The notes under the pieces were generated by a model, which was not told the DNA's origin, ran no database searches, and saw only the letters and a program-made list of their open reading frames with translations. A DNA stretch of 64,000 nt, taken from IMG/VR virus record IMGVR_UViG_3300027801_001565; one strand, 5' to 3'. Source of the stretch: a virus. Positions 58,079 to 64,000 of this stretch are shown in pieces; position 1 is the stretch's first letter; every line of letters starts with the position of its first letter. The position numbers and the translations under genes were made by a program.

Positions 58079-58594
58079 TCATTTTACCAAGGACTTATAT
58101 TGTAGTACTATCTCACCTAAGTATTTAGGATCAAGTAAAAATATTTGTCGCTTGTTATTATTTATTTCTTCTTCGTATTCTCTGTGTGTAACTGCTTGTA
58201 TTTCACTAGCTGCTAATCTAGTAGCATCCCAGTCGCATATTATATCGTTATCATCTGTTAATACATAGTGATGAACTGAGCCTGAGTTATTAACTCCATA
58301 TTTGTCATCGCAATATAACGATAGTTGCTCATTAGACAATGGCCATTCTCTTGACACATCAATAATATCGTTTGCAATTAAAACTATCCAATGATATGTT
58401 GTATTGCCATAAATTTTATGTGCAACCATTTCTGGTGCTTCACCGTCTCCAATATAGTACGATAAAAGACTTTGTTTAAATTTAAAAAATCTATCTAGTT
58501 GAACTCTACGAAATATATCTGGAACAACTGTTCGTGTAACTTTACCGTTGCGGGTGTATGGATAAAACATTTTTGGGAGTGCTTTAAAATACAT
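58079..58594 (-). CDS. gp53: Baseplate wedge protein (LysM-like)
   Basis: YF...P, PE.VA..IYG...YHWIVL..N.I and WPL motifs. Confidence 0.9.
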   Translation of the reverse strand: MYFKALPKMFYPYTRNGKVTRTVVPDIFRRVQLDRFFKFKQSLLSYYIGDGEAPEMVAHKIYGNTTYHWIVLIANDIIDVSREWPLSNEQLSLYCDDKYGVNNSGSVHHYVLTDDNDIICDWDATRLAASEIQAVTHREYEEEINNNKRQIFLLDPKYLGEIVLQYKSLVK

Positions 58595-58595
58595 A

Positions 58596-59672
58596 TTATA
58601 ATCCATCCTCTATTCTATTTGCTGTTAATGTTTCTAGTTCTGTAAACTGTAGTTCCAAACCATATTCTGTTGCAGCGCCTGTATCTATGAATGTATTAAA
58701 ATTTCCGTCTGGGCCATAAGTAACTTTAGCACTAGTAAGAACACAAGATGATACTTTTGGTAATTCTGGATTAATTGCCATAATACCATCAATAAGTGAA
58801 TGAAACTCTATACTAAATTCTGATGGGTACACTAAAAACAATTCGCCTTTTGATGCCTCTGGGTGCATATGATATTTAAACAATGAAATTATTGCTTGTA
58901 CCTCTGCTAACTCATTTTTATTTCTCGGTGCAAAGGCGTAGTTAAAGGAAAACTTTCTGAAACCCATTGATTTAAATAACTGTTCTTTGTATGGGTTGTT
59001 TACTTTCTTACTTGTAGATTCAATTAGAGATGCAAAGTCTCCACTACCTCCAAGCTCTTTAGGTAAATTGGCAGCTGCTCCGATCATGCCTCTTCCTATA
59101 TACTCAGGAAGTTCTGCTGCATCTGTCATGTTAAGTCTACCTGAACCAAGCGTTCCTGCAATACCTAACTGTGCCTCTTCCCAATTTGCTGAGTATGATG
59201 TCATAATTGATGCTGGAACATATAGTTGTATGCTTGCTAATAATCTCACCAAGCTAGTATTCGTTGTAAGCAAAGCCTGAGCTCCGCCTGCTGCTATTGC
59301 TATACCTGCACTGATCCCAGCCTGCCCCAACGCTGATGCATCTTTAGAAAATATTTTTGTCGATGCTGCTGCAACACCTATCGCGCCTGCCAATGTTCCT
59401 GCCCCCAATGCTGCTGCTTTTGCTTCTTCGCCCTTTGCTCTATTTTCTTTTGTGTAGTCTTTGTCGAAGTTGTCTTGCTGTTCTTGCATCCTGGTGCTGC
59501 CGGCATTTGCACTTCTAGATTCTGTTGCTGCCTTACTTGTGCTCCTGGCTTGGATAAAAAACTGGACAGCATGAGGTTGAGACATTGATCCTAACTCTTG
59601 CGGGTATTGGTGCCTGTCAGAGCCTGCTGATAAGGTTTTTGGTGATGTTAATTTATTGGCTTGTCCCGCCAT
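58596..59672 (-). CDS. gp48: Baseplate tail tube cap
   Basis: IQLY.P, NP..EQLF...FR.FSF...FAP.N..E and L.LQF.E.E motifs. Confidence 0.85.
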   Translation of the reverse strand: MAGQANKLTSPKTLSAGSDRHQYPQELGSMSQPHAVQFFIQARSTSKAATESRSANAGSTRMQEQQDNFDKDYTKENRAKGEEAKAAALGAGTLAGAIGVAAASTKIFSKDASALGQAGISAGIAIAAGGAQALLTTNTSLVRLLASIQLYVPASIMTSYSANWEEAQLGIAGTLGSGRLNMTDAAELPEYIGRGMIGAAANLPKELGGSGDFASLIESTSKKVNNPYKEQLFKSMGFRKFSFNYAFAPRNKNELAEVQAIISLFKYHMHPEASKGELFLVYPSEFSIEFHSLIDGIMAINPELPKVSSCVLTSAKVTYGPDGNFNTFIDTGAATEYGLELQFTELETLTANRIEDGL

Positions 59673-59683
59673 GTTGTTTGTCC

Positions 59684-59720
59684 TATAAATAGTTATTTAA
59701 CAGTTATAGTCTTATTTATA
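59684..59720. promoter_or_regulatory. Face-to-face late promoters for gp4 (+, 59684-59691) and gp48 (-, 59713-59720)
   Basis: TATAAATA on each strand. Confidence 0.75.
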
Positions 59721-60166
59721 TGGTTTATGCCAAGGAAATTTACAAAGGAAGATTTATTCCTAAAAACCGCCAGAAGTACTTAGGCGATTTTAACAAGATC
59801 ATCTATCGTTCTAGTTATGAATTAAAGTTTATGAACTGGTGTGATCGTAACGAATCAATTATTGGTTGGGCATCGGAGGAGTTAGCTATACCCTATAGAA
59901 GTCCTATGGACAATAGAGTACATAGATACTTCCCTGATTTTTATATAGAAGTTAAACAGTCTGACGGCATACAGAAGTTTTTGATTGAGGTTAAGCCTGA
60001 TAGATTCACTCGTCCACCCAAGGCTGGTAAGAGAAAGACTAGAAGATACTTACAAGAGATAGCAAATTACGCAGTTAATGAGGCAAAGTGGCTAGCAGCT
60101 AAAGACTTTAGTAGCAAACAAAATATGGTATTTAAACTAGTAACTGAAAAAGAACTCGGCATCTAG
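59720..60166 (+). CDS. gp4: Head completion nuclease
   Basis: YKG.F.P.N..KY.G, YRSS.E..FM.WCD, HRYFPDF, EVKP and N.AKW.AA motifs. Confidence 0.92.
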   Translation: MVYAKEIYKGRFIPKNRQKYLGDFNKIIYRSSYELKFMNWCDRNESIIGWASEELAIPYRSPMDNRVHRYFPDFYIEVKQSDGIQKFLIEVKPDRFTRPPKAGKRKTRRYLQEIANYAVNEAKWLAAKDFSSKQNMVFKLVTEKELGI

Positions 60167-60179
60167 TATAAATACTGGT

Positions 60180-60746
60180 ATGGACAAGAAACCTTTTAGT
60201 AATATACAACACGAGGCTGGTGGCACAGAGCAAACAGCTAGGTGGTATCAGAAAACAGTACGAGCATTTGCTAGTGCTATAAACTCACCTAACGAAGTAT
60301 TTGGCTCAGACCTAGGAGAGTTTGCTACTCAACTAGATGTAGGCTCCATGTACATGTATACTTACAATCCAAAGACAAAACAAACATTACCTTATTGGGA
60401 TACCTTCCCTTTAGTAATGATAACAGAACCACTACCCAACGGGTTTAGTGGACTGAACTTACATTATTTAAGCCCACTTCTAAGAGCTACTCTTTTAGAT
60501 AAGGTTATACCAACAGGTGAGATAACAAGTAAGAGTAAGCTAGGAACACAATGGCATCAATTAAGTAATTTTAGTAAGTTCCCAGAAGCACGAAGAAGTA
60601 CAAAACGTTATCTATCAAATCAAATAACAAGTAGAATGTTTAAAGTAGATCCGAAGCATTGGAAGTCTGCAATATTTTTACCAGTACAGCGATTTCAAGG
60701 AGCTAGTGATGCTCTTGTTTATCGTGAAACAATGGAGAACAACTAA
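60180..60746 (+). CDS. gp2: DNA end protector protein
   Basis: Y.PK.K..LPYWD.FPLV and GLNLHYL motifs; late promoter at 60167-60174. Confidence 0.9.
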   Translation: MDKKPFSNIQHEAGGTEQTARWYQKTVRAFASAINSPNEVFGSDLGEFATQLDVGSMYMYTYNPKTKQTLPYWDTFPLVMITEPLPNGFSGLNLHYLSPLLRATLLDKVIPTGEITSKSKLGTQWHQLSNFSKFPEARRSTKRYLSNQITSRMFKVDPKHWKSAIFLPVQRFQGASDALVYRETMENN

Positions 60747-61345
60747 TGGCATTAAGAAACTTAGACCAGTTTAGATCAAAGATTAGAAAAACACAATTAG
60801 CTCGTACTGAAAGGTTTGAAGTTACTTTTAACTTCAACCAAGTTAGGGGCCTATCTATTCCTGGAGTTGACAATGATGCCTTAAATGAAGAAGTTATTCT
60901 GATGTGTGAAGAAGTACAGATACCAGGTATGGTAGTAGCTAACAAGGAAGTAAACTTAGGCAACTGGACACATTACAGAAACGCTAATGTCGGGTTCTTA
61001 GGTAATGAAATTAACTTTACATTCATTACAGGAACAGATTGGAATTTAAGAAGAGCATTTGAGGAATGGATAAACAAATGTGTAGATACAACATCAAAAC
61101 AAATTGGGTTTCCAGACGATGTCCATATGGACATTACAGTAAAGTCATTAGACATACAAGATGGTGAGTCTGCATATTGGACATTAAAAGAATGCACACC
61201 AAAGGTTTTAAACTTGATACCGTTAAGCCAAGGCACGGTTTCAATAGTAAGAAATACATTAATTATATCAGCAGCCTATTGGGAATCTGATACTATTAAA
61301 GTTGGACTTGGAAGACAAACACCAGTAGAAACAATACTGGTATAA
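60746..61345 (+). CDS. gp54: Baseplate tail tube initiator (gp54/gp19-like)
   Basis: LAR..RF.V, C..V.IPG and R..FE.W tube-fold pattern; synteny. Confidence 0.65.
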   Translation: MALRNLDQFRSKIRKTQLARTERFEVTFNFNQVRGLSIPGVDNDALNEEVILMCEEVQIPGMVVANKEVNLGNWTHYRNANVGFLGNEINFTFITGTDWNLRRAFEEWINKCVDTTSKQIGFPDDVHMDITVKSLDIQDGESAYWTLKECTPKVLNLIPLSQGTVSIVRNTLIISAAYWESDTIKVGLGRQTPVETILV

Positions 61346-61364
61346 TTATTATAGGAGAAAAATT

Positions 61365-62057
61365 ATGTTACCAAAAATTGATATACCAACATTTAAAGGG
61401 AAGGTTCCCTCTACAGGAGAGTCTTACACGTTTAGACCTTTTCTTGTTAAGGAAGAAAAAATCTTAATGTTGGTTACAGAAAGTGAAGACTACAAAGAGA
61501 TGGTAGAAGCATGCCAAAAGGTTGTTGAGAATTGTACCTTTGGCAAAGTTAAAGGAGATGACATTACAATGTTTGATCTACAAGATGTGTTCATTAGAAT
61601 ACGAGAAAAATCTGTAGGTGAGACACAAGAGTTTATTCTTACATGTGGAAACTGTAAAGGCAGATCTCCATGGGAGTTAGCACTAAGTGAATTGACTGTA
61701 CAAGATTTAGACACTGCTAAAAGTACAACCGTAATACAGATTGATGAGAATATAGCTATTAAACTTAAATGGCCTTCTAGTAGTATAATTAAAGATGCAG
61801 GCGATACAAGCGATACTGAGATATTAGCTAAATGTATTGACGGCGTTGTTGAAGGTGAAGAAACAATTAATATGAGCGATGAGACTCCAGAAGACATTGA
61901 AGTGTTTTTAGACAGTCTCCCTTTAGATGTAATGGCAGATATGAGAGCTTTCTTTGATAGCATGCCTTATGTATCGCATACTATTAATTATACATGTAAG
62001 CATTGTGATACAAAACAAAAAGTAGAGATTACAGGTGACGATCATTTTTTCGCATAG
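61365..62057 (+). CDS. gp26: Baseplate hub assembly chaperone
   Basis: LPKI..P, FRPFLVKEEK.L and IR.KSVGE motifs, two CxxC; ends HFFA. Confidence 0.9.
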   Translation: MLPKIDIPTFKGKVPSTGESYTFRPFLVKEEKILMLVTESEDYKEMVEACQKVVENCTFGKVKGDDITMFDLQDVFIRIREKSVGETQEFILTCGNCKGRSPWELALSELTVQDLDTAKSTTVIQIDENIAIKLKWPSSSIIKDAGDTSDTEILAKCIDGVVEGEETINMSDETPEDIEVFLDSLPLDVMADMRAFFDSMPYVSHTINYTCKHCDTKQKVEITGDDHFFA

Positions 62058-62107
62058 CTCTTTCCCAGGAACGTCTTGAAAACTTTTACAAGACGAATTT
62101 TCTGTTA

Positions 62108-62245
62108 ATGCAAGAACATCATTATAGTTTAACGGAACTTGATAATATGATGCCATGGGAAAGAGAGGTTTACGTTAGTATGTTGGTGTCTCACCTTCAA
62201 AAGAAGGCAGACAAAGAAAAAGAACGGCAAAAAATTAGGGGATAA
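62108..62245 (+). CDS. gp51: Baseplate hub assembly protein (gp51-like); reading frame open from 62039
   Basis: Not in the ORF track: (LENFYKTNFLL)MQEHHYSLTELDNMMPWEREVYVSML; in the -1 frame relative to gp26. Confidence 0.8.
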   Translation: MQEHHYSLTELDNMMPWEREVYVSMLVSHLQKKADKEKERQKIRG

Positions 62246-62248
62246 TTA

Positions 62249-64000
62249 ATGGCCAAGGAAAAAGGAACAGAAGATCTAAGAAGACTACTTAGCGAGGAGC
62301 TTGGTAAGTCAAGTCCGAGTGAAGAACGAATTGGTGATCTTAGACAAGAGTTTAAACAAAGCCAAGAAGAAATGGAGACTCACTTCGATTTCCTTAAAGA
62401 GCATGCCGGCAAAAACAAACTATTAAACATCGCCCAGGGTATTGATGCACTTCAACAAAGAAAAATTAATAAAGCTAACCTGAACTTTGGGAAGGTAGTA
62501 AGTGAGGGGAATACAGCATCAACAGAAAGAGATAAAAAGAGACAACAAAGTAATAAACGTATAGAAACAGCGATAGCAGATATTGGCGCTAAAGTAACTG
62601 ACATGCACAACAACATGGGTGGCGTGGTTAGCGGTGGCGGACAAAAAATATCGACAGGCAATGAAAACGATGTAGAAGTTAAAAGAACTGGCGCTAAGCC
62701 AAGCGCAGGAAAACGAAAACAGAACACGCCTAGCAAACTTGCCATGTTGGCAGTAAACATGCAGGCAGAGAAAGAAGGTAAAGTATTTAATGGTGCCTCA
62801 AATAGATGGCATGAGAATTATGAAGAGGGAGAGAAGGCCGGTAAGTTTGTTAAAGCTCCAGTTGGAGTTATCGGAGATGTTATTAGAGATAAGGGTGGGT
62901 TCAAAGACAACCAATATAGACAGGGTAGTGGCGCAAGTATGGCCATGCAAACTATTGGTGATGGTTTAGGTAAAGAGGGATCCATGGAAGCTCTTAGCAA
63001 AGCTTTTGAATCAGGTTCAGAGGGTGAAGATCTAAGTAAATCTTTCAAGGCCATTGTAGAAGGATTACAAAAACAAACAAATTCTAAATCTAGAGATCCT
63101 AAAGAGGCAAAAGCGTTAACTGAACAGATAGCCAAATACCAAGTAGATGCAAAAGCTATGGGTGTAGGTGATGCTATAGATCTTGATGCGGTAATGAAAC
63201 AGCAGTCAGGTGGTAGTAAATTTAAAGAACTTATGGGCATGGATCAACAGGGAGGACTTGCCTCAGCATTTTCCCCGGATCACTTGTTTGGTAACAAGGA
63301 TAGTGGCGGCCTAATTAATAATGTTAGAGGCATGTTTGGTGGTAAAGCAAAAGCAGCAGTAGAGTCTGCCAAAGAACACGCAGACAGAGCGTCTCAAGGA
63401 AACATACTACTAACAGCAAGAGATGATATTCGTCCAGCTACCGTAAAGTCTACAGACTTTATGGATGGTGAAGGCTTTGGAGAAGGTGACTATCCTATTG
63501 TTGAAGGTAAAATGCACGATCGTACTAAAGCGATACATGATAGGCAGGTTAGCGAAGATCCTAGAACAGCAAGGCTGGCCGGTAGAGGATCTATAGATTT
63601 AAATCCTCAGGGTAGTCCATTAACTATGCAGCTTAATGAGAACCTAGTTAATGAGAAAATAGGAACAGCAACAGCAGAACCTGTTGCAGCAGGTACAATA
63701 GCAGCTCAACCAACAATGGTAAGTCGCCCAGGTAAAGTAGACAAAAGAACAGGTATTGATAAAGAACCTCTCGCTGAAAAACAACTAAATGTCTTGGAAG
63801 AGATCAGAGACATATTAAGAGACGGTGGTGGTGCAGGTGGCGGTAGTGAAAGCGGTGGTGGTATGTTTGATGGCCTTAATCCGTTTAAGAAAAAAGGGCC
63901 TAAAAAGGCTGGTAGATTCGGGAGATTTTTGAAAAGTCCCAAAGCTAAATTGGCAGGTAAAGCTCTAGGAGCTGTTGCAGCGGTTGGTATGGGTGTTTAT
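62249..64000 (+). CDS. Tape-measure-like / hub protein (partial, runs off window)
   Basis: ATG at 62249 (MAKEKGTEDLRRLL...). The last codons of the window are in the same frame (...GKALGAVAAVGMGVY). Helical, G/A/K-rich; follows gp26-gp51. Confidence 0.55.
   Translation, partial: MAKEKGTEDLRRLLSEELGKSSPSEERIGDLRQEFKQSQEEMETHFDFLKEHAGKNKLLNIAQGIDALQQRKINKANLNFGKVVSEGNTASTERDKKRQQSNKRIETAIADIGAKVTDMHNNMGGVVSGGGQKISTGNENDVEVKRTGAKPSAGKRKQNTPSKLAMLAVNMQAEKEGKVFNGASNRWHENYEEGEKAGKFVKAPVGVIGDVIRDKGGFKDNQYRQGSGASMAMQTIGDGLGKEGSMEALSKAFESGSEGEDLSKSFKAIVEGLQKQTNSKSRDPKEAKALTEQIAKYQVDAKAMGVGDAIDLDAVMKQQSGGSKFKELMGMDQQGGLASAFSPDHLFGNKDSGGLINNVRGMFGGKAKAAVESAKEHADRASQGNILLTARDDIRPATVKSTDFMDGEGFGEGDYPIVEGKMHDRTKAIHDRQVSEDPRTARLAGRGSIDLNPQGSPLTMQLNENLVNEKIGTATAEPVAAGTIAAQPTMVSRPGKVDKRTGIDKEPLAEKQLNVLEEIRDILRDGGGAGGGSESGGGMFDGLNPFKKKGPKKAGRFGRFLKSPKAKLAGKALGAVAAVGMGVY

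Noticed and set aside
59720-60166. TnsA-like transposon endonuclease
   Set aside because: Motifs and synteny with gp2 and gp48 match T4 gp4; no transposon ends or partner genes.
1-64000. Stop-codon reassignment, tRNA genes, introns or inteins
   Set aside because: Core genes are full length in the standard code and several end in TAG or TGA. No cloverleaf, intein motif or interrupted gene was recognised by eye; tRNAscan or Infernal would be needed to exclude RNAs.

Overview
64 kb of a large, AT-rich T4-like myovirus genome, with a gene set typical of aquatic/marine T4-like phages; the host cannot be determined from this window. From left to right it holds: (1) a 7-deazaguanine DNA-modification cluster (queD-like, dpdA/TGT-like, folE, queE) interleaved with a phosphoribosyltransferase, a DEDD exonuclease and a glycosylase-like gene; (2) gp55, uvsW, uvsY and gp3; (3) an iscU-iscA Fe-S assembly cassette and two small cassettes downstream of gp23; (4) the head/neck/tail block gp23-gp13; (5) a run of fibre genes; (6) a divergent operon behind a late promoter, with four glycosyltransferase paralogs, a degenerate GT/radical-SAM fusion and a methyltransferase-like gene; (7) a small sigma70-driven DNA ligase island; (8) a second late cluster (GT, oxygenase-like) behind a virion protein with a mirror-symmetric xYxG repeat; (9) baseplate genes gp8, gp7, gp6, gp25, gp5, hub, gp53, gp48, then gp4, gp2, gp54, gp26, gp51 and the start of a tape-measure-like gene. 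The best candidates for undescribed biology are a late-expressed virion glycosylation/modification system, the symmetric xYxG hairpin protein, a putative -1 frameshift fusing gp26 to gp51, shared terminal motifs in the fibre proteins, and a guanine-recycling loop inside the deazaguanine cluster. All calls come from motif recognition and synteny; no database searches were run.
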